DNA of 64,000 bases from Candidatus Micrarchaeia archaeon (GTDB lineage: Archaea > Micrarchaeota > Micrarchaeia > CABMEP01): contig JAVZXS010000001.1 in assembly GCA_038886535.1 (NCBI GenBank), forward strand, positions 1-64,000. The letters run 5' to 3'. The notes under the pieces are model-generated. The model was not told where the DNA came from, did no database searches, and saw nothing but the letters and a program-made list of their open reading frames with translations. Shown here one piece after another: positions 47,447-57,287 of the stretch. The translations under genes were made by a program, and so were the position numbers. The first letter of the stretch is position 1; the number at the start of each line of letters is the position of its first letter.

Positions 47447-48634
47447 ATGGTATTTGAAATATTATTTGAATGGTGGGTTCCTGTTGCAGTTTTAATCCTA
47501 TTCATAACTCTTACATTCATTTCTTTAATCTATATGGTAGCAAGGGCTTTAGAGAATGATAATTTTAAGAAATGGGCCCAAAATGAAATATATCAGGTTT
47601 TTGCATCAGCTCTTATAATAGGCTCTTTATTCATATTTCTAGCTATAATTAATAATATTACATTAAATCTAATCCCTTTAATCGCACCCAATCTAGATTT
47701 TCAATGCAGTGGTGATAGCTGTACATTTAATACACTAAAAATAACTGCAGAGTCAATAAGATCGCAAAGCGGAGTAAAATTTGAATCTGTTCAAAAAGAG
47801 TGCAAGCAAGGATATTGCCATATAGAAGTGGCTAATTCGTTATTAGGTCAGTATTATGACATCATTCGTTTTTATTTAGGAAACAAGATCAGTGCTATAG
47901 GTTGGATTAGTGTGATTTCATCTTTCAAGATGCAATTATTAGGTTTTCACGTTTCTCCATTCTCCGGATTAACTCCTATATTAGATATTTATAAAAACTT
48001 CATTACATTTGGAACAAATTTACTTATACTTATAAAAGTAAATCAACTTTTCCTAGTATTTACTTCAGTTGCATTATTTCCAATGTTTTTGATTGCTGGA
48101 ATCGCACTACGTTCCATATCTCTATTGAGAGGTGTTGGAGGACTGTTATTAAGCATAGCAATTGGTTCATTCTTTGTTTATCCTTTCTTGCTATTGCTTT
48201 CTTTTTCAATTGTTTCACCAAATCCAAATTCTAATGTAATATATTTATCTGATGATAGTGGATTTGTTACTGATCTTCCAAGTCTGGATTCAGGTATTCA
48301 AGAAAATCAGATTGAATGGCTTTCAAGCAAATCTAGCTATACAAGTATAGTCGATTCAGTCAAAAAAGTGGCTCAATTTTCTATAAATTTATTTAACATG
48401 ATTGTAAACATTAAAGGAAATATCGGAGGACAGGAAGTCAGCACTGATTTTATATCTTACATGTTCTTTAGTTCGATTCTTCCTAATGGTTTTCTAGATA
48501 ATATGGCTTTCTTGTCCATGTGGATGTTTGTTCCATTTATAATTTCAATTTATTCACTACTGGTATTCATAAAGGAATTTTCTTCATTCCTTGGTGGAGA
48601 TATAGATATAGCAGGATTATCCAAGTTAATTTGA
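47447..48634 (+). CDS. Multi-TM protein, CedA/VirB6-like paralog 3
   Basis: KKWAQNEIYQ; AGIALRSISLLRGVGGLLLSIAIGSFFVYP; LGGD..LSKLI. Confidence 0.6.
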   Translation: MVFEILFEWWVPVAVLILFITLTFISLIYMVARALENDNFKKWAQNEIYQVFASALIIGSLFIFLAIINNITLNLIPLIAPNLDFQCSGDSCTFNTLKITAESIRSQSGVKFESVQKECKQGYCHIEVANSLLGQYYDIIRFYLGNKISAIGWISVISSFKMQLLGFHVSPFSGLTPILDIYKNFITFGTNLLILIKVNQLFLVFTSVALFPMFLIAGIALRSISLLRGVGGLLLSIAIGSFFVYPFLLLLSFSIVSPNPNSNVIYLSDDSGFVTDLPSLDSGIQENQIEWLSSKSSYTSIVDSVKKVAQFSINLFNMIVNIKGNIGGQEVSTDFISYMFFSSILPNGFLDNMAFLSMWMFVPFIISIYSLLVFIKEFSSFLGGDIDIAGLSKLI

Positions 48635-48657
48635 TTGAAAAGTAATATAGTGAGAGT

Positions 48658-49797
48658 ATGGATCTAAATAAAATTGTTGTATTAATTTTATTTCTTTTGC
48701 CGATTTTAGTAGCAGAAGTTCCGCAAACAAATATTCCAACACTAAGATCTGTACCTTGGGAATTAACGGTTTTAGCAGCAATAATTCTATCTCTAACGTT
48801 GATAGCTTTAGGTTTTATGCTATCAAAAGCATTTGGAGTAAAGGAACTCAGCGCTTGGGCAAATAATGAATTATATCAAATAATAGTTCTCTCCTTTATA
48901 GTTTTCTTAATATTTGGAATTTTAAAAATAGAAAGTATAGTTTTCGAAGCATACAATCTTTCTTCACCAAATTCGGCCAATCCAGCAATTGAAAATGCGA
49001 AGAATTATCTTTATTCTGTAAGGTCCTATCTCACATTTATTATGGGTGGGTTAATATCTGAGAAGATGATTTTTACAGGAGGAAAAATAGCAACAAGTAT
49101 GGGTGTTTCATCACTTCCAGATCTTAGCAATTTTATATCGAAGTTTGTGTCAGTATTTAGTGTAGTATCTATAGACATAGGTGGGGTTATAGATGTGTTT
49201 TTCGATCCTATTACAAAAATAATAGATTTAGCTATAAGCGGATTCGGGGTTATTTATGCTCTTAATTCCATGCAAATTTATTTCTTAGAGTTTGTAGAGA
49301 ATGTTGCATTTGTTTTTATTCTTCCATTCGGTCTATTCTTTAGAATATTCAACTTTAGTAGAAAAGTGGCAAATCTTTTGATAGTTCTTGCAATCTCATT
49401 ATATATTGTATTTCCATTGACTTACTTATTGAATCAGAACATGGTAGATGCAGTACTTAATGAAGGATTATCAGGGGATAAAAGTTGGAGAGATATTTTA
49501 GGCGCAAGAATGGATAAACAAACAGGTGTAGAGGGATGTACAATTGGAGATATGTTTTCAGGCAAGTTTTTAGAATGTTTGCAAAAATCTTCAAAGAACA
49601 TTATAACAGCCAGTTTCTCTACCGCCACGTACATTTTTAATTTTGTATTTATAATATTTACAGAAGCCGCATTCGCATTTATATTATTTACATTAATACC
49701 GATCATAGATTTTACTATAACAGTTGTTATAGCAAGGGAATTGGGTTCCTTGCTAGGCTCAGATGTATCATTTGGAGATTTAATTAAATATTTATGA
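48658..49797 (+). CDS. Multi-TM protein, CedA/VirB6-like paralog 4
   Basis: SAWANNELYQ; PFGLFFRIFNFSRKVANLLIVLAISLYIVFP; LGSD..LIKYL. Confidence 0.6.
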   Translation: MDLNKIVVLILFLLPILVAEVPQTNIPTLRSVPWELTVLAAIILSLTLIALGFMLSKAFGVKELSAWANNELYQIIVLSFIVFLIFGILKIESIVFEAYNLSSPNSANPAIENAKNYLYSVRSYLTFIMGGLISEKMIFTGGKIATSMGVSSLPDLSNFISKFVSVFSVVSIDIGGVIDVFFDPITKIIDLAISGFGVIYALNSMQIYFLEFVENVAFVFILPFGLFFRIFNFSRKVANLLIVLAISLYIVFPLTYLLNQNMVDAVLNEGLSGDKSWRDILGARMDKQTGVEGCTIGDMFSGKFLECLQKSSKNIITASFSTATYIFNFVFIIFTEAAFAFILFTLIPIIDFTITVVIARELGSLLGSDVSFGDLIKYL

Positions 49798-49886
49798 GTA
49801 ATTTGTATAAATTAAATTTAACTAGAAATGATCAAATTCATAATAAACAATGTAGATTGTAATGATCGATCATAGAGTGTGATTAC

Positions 49887-51455
49887 GTGGAAGGAATCGA
49901 TTTCATAAAAAGTAGAAAAATATTCATCTTTTTATTTCTATTTCTAGTTACATCTATTTTTGCCCAGTCAACACAAATAGAAAAAGCTAAGAAAATAGAA
50001 GATTTGAATAAGGAGGCATGTGAATTTACACTTACTAGCAATGATTGGAGAGTTTTATCAGCGATAGGATTATTATTGAGTGCAGTTTTTATCGCAGGCT
50101 TGTATCTTTATGGATCAGTTATAGATTCTTCATTTATAAATAAGGCCAAAGAGGAATTGTTTCAGCTCTTTTTCACCCTTGTCATTATAATATTTTTAGC
50201 GTTCATAGTTCAGACATTTATGTGTAGCGATATCATTTCTTCTATATTTAATTTGAATGATCCACCTTATATTGCATCTTATAATTATTTATCATCTGTT
50301 AAGAATTATATAATAAGTGCGGCTATAAAAATGGGTGCATTAGGATCTTCCTTATCATTAATCTCTTCATTTGAATACAAGTTAGACAGTTCAATAGCAA
50401 AGAGCGGATTATTTGGAGCGCTAATAAATCCGATCTCATATTTTTCAGATGCATCACTTGCTATATTCTCTTCTCTTGCAAGCGCATATATGGTTATTCT
50501 TATAATGATAAATATTTTGTTAATCATGCCTTTAATTTCTTTAAAGTTCTTTATTCCAATAGGAATAGTTTTTAGGTCGATATATCCATTTAGAAAATTC
50601 GGTGGAGGTTTATTAGGCATAGGAATTGCATTATACATCTTTATTCCAATAGTATTATTACTTAATAATTTGTTAGTCGGAAGTTATATATATGAACCGA
50701 TAAAGGAACTCAGTTTACAATGTCAGGATAATTCTGATTGTTATTCTCATATTTGTGAGTATAATTCTACACTTGGAATTAAAACATGTAATCCTATGAA
50801 AAAGGAAGGAGAGATCTGCAGAAATGATTTTGAGTGTCAATCAGGATTTTGTGATCCATCATCTAAAAGATGTATAAAATGTGTTTCCGAAGGATTCATT
50901 TCGGAAGGATTACCTTGTTGCAATGGTTTAATTTTAAATTCAACAACTAAAAGATGTGAATTAGGCAAGCTTCCTGGTCAGAATTGCATCTTCAATAGTG
51001 ATTGTGTACTTTCATTTTGCAAAACAGATATTTCAGGTATAAGAACATGTACTAGCTTAAAGAAGATAGGAGAATCATGTATGTTTGATGAAGAATGCAT
51101 ATCAAGAAGATGTATAGGTATAGCACCAAATAAAGTATGTGGAAGAAGTATAATTACAGAAGAGGATCAAAGTTCTATTTATGCTAGCGTTTCAGCATTT
51201 AGTTCAATAATGCCTGAAGATGCGCAGCAAATAATAACAGAGTTAGAGCTATCTAGATTCAATTTTGAAAATAGTGAAGGAAAGACCTATATAGATAAGG
51301 CATTTGATTATTTATTTAAGGATATAGTGATAACATTTATAGTAGGTATAGTATTGCCATTATTAAATCTAACTATAATAGCGAAGGCAACATCAGATCT
51401 ATCTCAAGCCCTTGGACAGGAGATTGAGACGGCAAGTATATGGAGATTAATATAA
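49887..51455 (+). CDS. Multi-TM protein, CedA/VirB6-like paralog 5 with Cys-rich repeat domain
   Basis: NKAKEELFQ; PIGIVFRSIYPFRKFGGGLLGIGIALYIFIP; four C-x2-[DN]-x-[DE]-C-x4-C repeats. Confidence 0.6.
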   Translation: MEGIDFIKSRKIFIFLFLFLVTSIFAQSTQIEKAKKIEDLNKEACEFTLTSNDWRVLSAIGLLLSAVFIAGLYLYGSVIDSSFINKAKEELFQLFFTLVIIIFLAFIVQTFMCSDIISSIFNLNDPPYIASYNYLSSVKNYIISAAIKMGALGSSLSLISSFEYKLDSSIAKSGLFGALINPISYFSDASLAIFSSLASAYMVILIMINILLIMPLISLKFFIPIGIVFRSIYPFRKFGGGLLGIGIALYIFIPIVLLLNNLLVGSYIYEPIKELSLQCQDNSDCYSHICEYNSTLGIKTCNPMKKEGEICRNDFECQSGFCDPSSKRCIKCVSEGFISEGLPCCNGLILNSTTKRCELGKLPGQNCIFNSDCVLSFCKTDISGIRTCTSLKKIGESCMFDEECISRRCIGIAPNKVCGRSIITEEDQSSIYASVSAFSSIMPEDAQQIITELELSRFNFENSEGKTYIDKAFDYLFKDIVITFIVGIVLPLLNLTIIAKATSDLSQALGQEIETASIWRLI

Positions 51456-51489
51456 ATTTTAAAAATAATAAAAAGAAGGAAGTGAAGGT

Positions 51490-52704
51490 ATGAAAAAATA
51501 CAATAAAAAAGCATTTACAAACGAATCAAAGGAATCAATTAAAATAGCAGCTTTCTTTCTTTTCCTATTAGTGTCTATTATATTTGCTCAAACATCTAGT
51601 CCAGGACAAGAGTTCAATAAAGTATGGACTTCTTCCGAATTTCCCTGGCAATTAATTGCCTTAATTGCGGTTTCTATTTCTTTTTTGTTCGCAGCCCTCG
51701 CTTATATGTTTTCTAAAATATTTCAGTCTTCTGATCTTGAAAAGTTTGCAAAATATGAGTTTCTTTATGCGTTATCTACTCTTTTGTTGGCAGTTTTTAT
51801 AGTAGCGGTAGTGGATGTACTTGCATTAAAGTCAGGCGAATTTGTATTTTTGCTATCTAAAAACATAAATCTGCCAGGAAGTGAAAAACTTATAGATTAT
51901 GTTTCTCAAAAAGGTTATTCTCCATTTTCAGTTGCAGATTTTTATTTATCTTCGCTAAATAAACTTGCAATCAAAAGATATCAAGATGTTTTCTGTATTG
52001 CATATCCATTCTTTGTGTTTACAGGAATAGACAAAAAAGAAGATGTGGAAACACAGTCTAAAGTGGGTTCTATATTTAAAGCTATTAGTAATTTCTTTGT
52101 TGGGAATACATTTACTTCGCAATTAAAGATTGCATCTTTCAATATATTTCTTACTTCTTTAAATAGAGCAATGTCTAACTTATCATATTTAATATATTCA
52201 TTATATTTCCAATTGCATCTTCTTTCATTTATCCAGCAAACAATGCTTACCGTGTTTCTTCCCATAGGAATTGTATTAAGAGGTTTTCCATTTGTACGAT
52301 CCATAGGCAACATGTTTATTTCTATAGCTTTAGGCCTGTATTTTGTTTATCCTATCACATTTAGTTTGTTTTTGACAATGGGAATGCAAGGTTCATCACA
52401 GATTTCATTTTTAGAGACATCTGGAAGAATGCAACTTTCTTGTATACAAGATCTTGTAACCAACATTCCATCATTACCTATAAAAATAACATCAATGATA
52501 ATAAAAATAAGTGGTGAAGGCGTAAGTGCGATTACAATGGAAATAAATGATAGTGTTAACGCTTTGGTCGGAGAACTATTCGTATTCGGTTTTATATTTC
52601 CGGTTTTATCATTAGTTATTACATATACTTTTATCAAATCTTTTGGAATTATATTAAATGCAGATATACAAGAGTTTGCAGAAGGTGTGGTTAAGCTAAT
52701 ATAA
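51490..52704 (+). CDS. Multi-TM protein, CedA/VirB6-like paralog 6
   Basis: EKFAKYEFLY; PIGIVLRGFPFVRSIGNMFISIALGLYFVYP; LNAD..VVKLI. Confidence 0.6.
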   Translation: MKKYNKKAFTNESKESIKIAAFFLFLLVSIIFAQTSSPGQEFNKVWTSSEFPWQLIALIAVSISFLFAALAYMFSKIFQSSDLEKFAKYEFLYALSTLLLAVFIVAVVDVLALKSGEFVFLLSKNINLPGSEKLIDYVSQKGYSPFSVADFYLSSLNKLAIKRYQDVFCIAYPFFVFTGIDKKEDVETQSKVGSIFKAISNFFVGNTFTSQLKIASFNIFLTSLNRAMSNLSYLIYSLYFQLHLLSFIQQTMLTVFLPIGIVLRGFPFVRSIGNMFISIALGLYFVYPITFSLFLTMGMQGSSQISFLETSGRMQLSCIQDLVTNIPSLPIKITSMIIKISGEGVSAITMEINDSVNALVGELFVFGFIFPVLSLVITYTFIKSFGIILNADIQEFAEGVVKLI

Positions 52705-52784
52705 GAGTAAAAGTAATAAGAGGAATCAATAAATATAAAAATGAAATTATATTATTTATATTATGTTGTATTTAGAGTGATTAT

Positions 52785-54548
52785 ATGCGTAACATAATTA
52801 AAATCTTGGTATTTTCTACATTCATAATCAGTCTAATTATAGCACAAGCAATACCAACATACATAATTTATGCAGATGCAAAGGAACAGACAAATAATAA
52901 TTACAATTTTTCTGCAACGCTTGTTTCCATTTCTGTTCCTGAAGATAGAACAACTTTAAAGGAAAAGTTAGAAACTGGAAAAGTTGATCCTTCAACAATA
53001 ATTAATAATTTTAAGTATTCACCAATCCTCTCTGCCAAAATATTAGTTTATTCAATCAACCCTGCCAACCAAGAAGATAAAAAATATGTTTGTGAATTCA
53101 TAACAGCTCAGGACGGAAGAGGAAGTTGTATAGGAAGAATTAGTGAATCTAATCCTATAATTCTCTTTATATTTGAAGGTAATTCAACTTATGCCCCATC
53201 TCAATTTACAATTTCAATTCCAAAACCATTTCCAATTCCGCCACTTAAGGAACTTGTGGACGCAAGTTGGCTAATTATATTCTTTATTATTGGAACGTTA
53301 ATTGCAGCTTTGTATGCTTCAGGAAGGGATCCATTGGCTTCATTAGATATAACAACTCCAAAAGCAAGAGGACCTTCTTATCCAAAGCCACAAAAACTTA
53401 AATTATCGAAAGCACCACAACTTCCTTTGATGGTTTATTCTATACCTGCTTCTACAAAAATAATTTCTGCAACATCTGCATTAAATAAATACGTGGAAAC
53501 TAAAGAGGAAAAGAAAATTCTAACAGAAATTCAAAAACAGGCATATACAAATCCATCTAAAGCATCAATAAATTTAGTTAAGTTTGTTATAGATAAGGGT
53601 ATTCTTAATAGACTTCAACAAAGAAAAGAATGGGCAGCTAAACAAATGAAAGAGACAGAAGAAAAACTTAAATTACAATCACCATATCCAAAAGGAAAAT
53701 TGACAGATGAAAAGTTTCGCAAGAGAATAGAAATCCAAGATCTTAGAGATAGATTAAGGATGTATAGAGAAGAACTTTCATCCGCTATTGAAGTAACGAA
53801 TAAGATAATCTCTGCTACAGCAGGAACAACTGCAACTAATCTGGATCCTGAAGTTTTTGGAAATACATTAGTAGAGGCAGAGAAAACACTATTAAACGAA
53901 ATAAAAGATAAAAAGCATATTAATAAAGAAACAAAAACAGTAAATATACAATCATTAGAGAAAGAATTAGATGAAAAGGTAGATAAATTAGTTAAGGTAT
54001 TAGTACCTAAGGATGTTCCAAGTGAGATAATTAATGAGCAAATTCATCCATTAATTAAAGCCAAAGTTGAACTCGACAGATTGTATATATCTAAGATCAT
54101 TGCAGCATTCAATAAAATGCAGCCAAGCGTAGAATCATTAATTAAGAAAGGAGATATCAATTTAAGTGAAATCAGAAAAATGAATTATATAGAAAAGACC
54201 AAATATATAACGAAACTAATCAATGAAATTAAACCAAAAGGATACAGACGAATAAACAAGGAGATATTACAAATTGCAATGACCAAAGAAGAATATGAGA
54301 ATATGATAGCAAAACTTCAAAAACTACTTAAGCAATACAGATCCGCAGTCAAGGTAAACGACGAAAAAACTAAAGATAAACTCACAATTCAAATTGGATT
54401 TCTTTATTACCAAATCGTAAGACGTGCTAAAGCATATTTAGAAAATATAAAAACAGGCAAATACGAAACAGAATTTACAATAGAAGGATTTGAAGAATTA
54501 TTAGCTGAAGAAGAGAAGCCAAAAGAGAAAGGAAAAGCAAACGAATGA
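52785..54548 (+). CDS. Single-pass membrane protein: signal peptide, beta-rich outer domain, long cytoplasmic coiled coil
   Basis: N-terminal hydrophobic stretch, internal TM WLIIFFIIGTLIAALYA, then helical K/E-rich region. Confidence 0.7.
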   Translation: MRNIIKILVFSTFIISLIIAQAIPTYIIYADAKEQTNNNYNFSATLVSISVPEDRTTLKEKLETGKVDPSTIINNFKYSPILSAKILVYSINPANQEDKKYVCEFITAQDGRGSCIGRISESNPIILFIFEGNSTYAPSQFTISIPKPFPIPPLKELVDASWLIIFFIIGTLIAALYASGRDPLASLDITTPKARGPSYPKPQKLKLSKAPQLPLMVYSIPASTKIISATSALNKYVETKEEKKILTEIQKQAYTNPSKASINLVKFVIDKGILNRLQQRKEWAAKQMKETEEKLKLQSPYPKGKLTDEKFRKRIEIQDLRDRLRMYREELSSAIEVTNKIISATAGTTATNLDPEVFGNTLVEAEKTLLNEIKDKKHINKETKTVNIQSLEKELDEKVDKLVKVLVPKDVPSEIINEQIHPLIKAKVELDRLYISKIIAAFNKMQPSVESLIKKGDINLSEIRKMNYIEKTKYITKLINEIKPKGYRRINKEILQIAMTKEEYENMIAKLQKLLKQYRSAVKVNDEKTKDKLTIQIGFLYYQIVRRAKAYLENIKTGKYETEFTIEGFEELLAEEEKPKEKGKANE

Positions 54549-54569
54549 AAATAAGCAAAAAGTGGTCTT

Positions 54570-56702
54570 ATGATCGAAGGCATCTTTAGAAACTTATTAA
54601 ATTTTAAAAACGAAAGATTTTTTCTTATATTTCTGGTTCTTACATTTGCATCTATCTTTCTTTTCGGTTGTATAAAAAAGATTGAACCAATAGACCAATA
54701 TATTAAAAAAGATAAAATTGAGTATCTTCAGCAGGTTCATTCATCTTTTAACAATTGTACAGTAATGGTCTGCGAATATTCTTCTTGGTGGATAAAAGTT
54801 TGGAGTTCAGTAAAAGGATATTTTTCAAAAGAAACCGCAAGTCTCGCAGGTAAGGAATGTACATTTCAACAATTTAATCTTGACGATGAAGAGGACTTAA
54901 AGAGATTGAATTCTATTACAGGCCTTACTAGAGTACTGGAAACTACTTCTCAATCAGGTTCGAGTTCTTCTCAAACCAGTTCATCATCTTCGAGTTCAAA
55001 GTTTATCCAATCTGTAATGATAGGAATAGGAGATAGTGCTTATGCAGGAGATGAAATATTTTCCAGCTGTAATGGACATTTGGGAATTAATCTTATTGAT
55101 GTCTCATCTATTCCAAAAGAAATAGAGAGCGACAGTGTTAAGAAAAGATTTACAGATATGAATGACTGTATATTAAATTCAGGTACTATTCCATTTTATA
55201 AATTTGGAAGGCTTGAAAGCTCTTTGAGTTTATTTGTAAAGAAGATAGAAGGAGAGGGACCTGCATTTATTTCCCCAGGATATGGTTTTAACAAATCTAG
55301 ATTTGATCCAAATATAATTTCTCCAATAGGTTCATTTTATTCTATAAATACAAGTTGCAAAAATTGTATTGTAACAGCTACAATAAATTATGGTGATCTG
55401 GATACATTAGATTATTATAAAAACTATCCATTAGACTGGGAGAGTATAGATGTAATTGCATTTATTGCAGATCTTAATTCATTTGACACTTGTGATCCTT
55501 TGATTTCTATTCAAAATGAAACAAATTCGCTTAAATCATTTGCTCAAAACATCACTGAGAAGTATCATAAGCCAGTGATAGTAATAGTGAAAGGGAGTGA
55601 GGGAAACAATGCAAAGAAAACATGCGAGTGGACTAATGAATCTATAGCTAGGTTTTATGATTATCTTATAAGGTCTATTCCAGATTTAGTTTCTTCAGGT
55701 GTTATAGGAATAATAGCACCAGATATTTCACAACTTTCTTCTGAAATGTATAATTCAATTAGCTTCTTCTGCTCTATTTATTATACACCAGCATCTTCCT
55801 CATTCAATTTTGCAACATACAGTATTTTTTCAAGAGAAGGTGATAAGCCTTCAGCTTGCGGAATGTATAAATCATCGACAACAATGTTTATGTTTGGTGA
55901 TGTAAAAAATTATAGTGAATTGCCTTTACCAAGAATAAAGAGAGATGAAACCTGTAATTCAAAATTGTTTTATGAGATATCTGTTGGACCAGGTACTTTC
56001 TTTAGCTCTTATTGTGAGAAGAATAATAAGTTTATATCTAACATTGCTTCAAAGTATTTTATAGATTCCTCCCTTTTCATGGCAACACTTCAGAAATTAG
56101 GTTATTATCAAAATCAGCTCCAGCAATATGAAAAGCACTGCGGAAATAAGTGCGAAGTTTATTCAAACCAGGAACAAAGAGATTTATGCTGTCTTGCAGA
56201 GACAATGGCATATTATCAAAATAAGACATTAAACAAGAAATCAGATATTGATGATATATTCCTTGCATATTTCATTGTGTATGGAACATTGAAGGGAGAG
56301 TCAGCTTATAAAGAAGAATTTAATAAATACTCACCTTCTGCAAACATGGAAAGAAAAAGCGAATCACCTATCATTTTATTAGAACCTTCCTCAAGTAATT
56401 CTAAATCAGTATATATGCAATCTTCATTCTGCGATCTTTATTTAACATTATGTAAAGAGTATCAAGATGTGTTCTATTGTATGTTATATGATCAGAATTG
56501 TAAATATCAAACCCCAACCATTCCTGAACAGCCTTCTTTGCCTACCCCACCTACGCCACCAACACAACCGCCAGAGCCTTCACAGCCACAACCTCCTCAA
56601 TCTCCGTCCGGAAGCGATCAACCTACTTATAATTTTGATAGTTCTATTTTACAAGTAATTAAGGATGCGGTTGCTGCAAGAGTAATTTGTGGACTAACTT
56701 AG
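54570..56702 (+). CDS. Cys-rich surface lipoprotein with degenerate glycoside-hydrolase-like and SLT/lysozyme-like domains
   Basis: Lipobox-like LFGC; SIDVIAF...KYHKPVIV; ISNIASKYFIDSSLFMA; Ser-rich and Pro-rich linkers. Confidence 0.55.
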   Translation: MIEGIFRNLLNFKNERFFLIFLVLTFASIFLFGCIKKIEPIDQYIKKDKIEYLQQVHSSFNNCTVMVCEYSSWWIKVWSSVKGYFSKETASLAGKECTFQQFNLDDEEDLKRLNSITGLTRVLETTSQSGSSSSQTSSSSSSSKFIQSVMIGIGDSAYAGDEIFSSCNGHLGINLIDVSSIPKEIESDSVKKRFTDMNDCILNSGTIPFYKFGRLESSLSLFVKKIEGEGPAFISPGYGFNKSRFDPNIISPIGSFYSINTSCKNCIVTATINYGDLDTLDYYKNYPLDWESIDVIAFIADLNSFDTCDPLISIQNETNSLKSFAQNITEKYHKPVIVIVKGSEGNNAKKTCEWTNESIARFYDYLIRSIPDLVSSGVIGIIAPDISQLSSEMYNSISFFCSIYYTPASSSFNFATYSIFSREGDKPSACGMYKSSTTMFMFGDVKNYSELPLPRIKRDETCNSKLFYEISVGPGTFFSSYCEKNNKFISNIASKYFIDSSLFMATLQKLGYYQNQLQQYEKHCGNKCEVYSNQEQRDLCCLAETMAYYQNKTLNKKSDIDDIFLAYFIVYGTLKGESAYKEEFNKYSPSANMERKSESPIILLEPSSSNSKSVYMQSSFCDLYLTLCKEYQDVFYCMLYDQNCKYQTPTIPEQPSLPTPPTPPTQPPEPSQPQPPQSPSGSDQPTYNFDSSILQVIKDAVAARVICGLT

Positions 56703-56740
56703 ATGAAATTAATTTTTTAGAAAAGAAGAAACAATAAACA

Positions 56741-57259
56741 TCACTTTTTAGGAATAATTGTTCTCAATATTCCACTTACTTTTTCTTTTGCTTTTCTAAA
56801 TATACTTATTTTTTCTGGTACATAGTTCTCCCAGAATTTAAACACTTTTTCAGCGTCTTTCATATCGAAAAAGAATATTACAGAATCAAATGCAGAAGTT
56901 ACTGCAACAATGTTAATTCTTTGCCTCGCTAAAGGTGAGGTAAGCTTATTTAAAAGACCAGGTGTGGTGACCATTTCAGGTCCATTAACACTGATCATGC
57001 CCAATCCTCTTCTTACAGCTATACTTTCAAATGAACTTTCTGCAGCCTCCTCAGTAAGATATATAACTGCCTTATCACTTTCAGCCTCATCAATAAAAAG
57101 TATCACTTCTTTTTCTCCAGTTGATATAGCATAAATTTGTATGTTTTTTTCAACTAAAGGTTTGAGAAATTTAGTAAGAACAGAAGGCGTGATCCTTGAT
57201 CTATCACCCGTGATACTAATCGCTGCAATTGGCCTTTTATAATGCTTTATAGTCAACAT
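56741..57259 (-). CDS. Stand-alone tandem ACT-domain protein (aspartokinase C-terminal-like)
   Basis: Two repeats ISITG..TPSVL and ISVNG..TPGLL..LARQRINI. Confidence 0.85.
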   Translation of the reverse strand: MLTIKHYKRPIAAISITGDRSRITPSVLTKFLKPLVEKNIQIYAISTGEKEVILFIDEAESDKAVIYLTEEAAESSFESIAVRRGLGMISVNGPEMVTTPGLLNKLTSPLARQRINIVAVTSAFDSVIFFFDMKDAEKVFKFWENYVPEKISIFRKAKEKVSGILRTIIPKK

Positions 57260-57287
57260 ATAAACACCATTGAATTTGATAAATAAA

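Noticed and set aside
54945..54997. Ser-rich tract here and Pro-rich tract at about 56510-56610 as DNA repeats
   Set aside because: Codons vary, so these are protein low-complexity linkers, not tandem DNA repeats.
44838..56702. Integrated conjugative element or provirus
   Set aside because: No integrase, relaxase, capsid gene, att repeats or adjacent tRNA; composition resembles the flanks.
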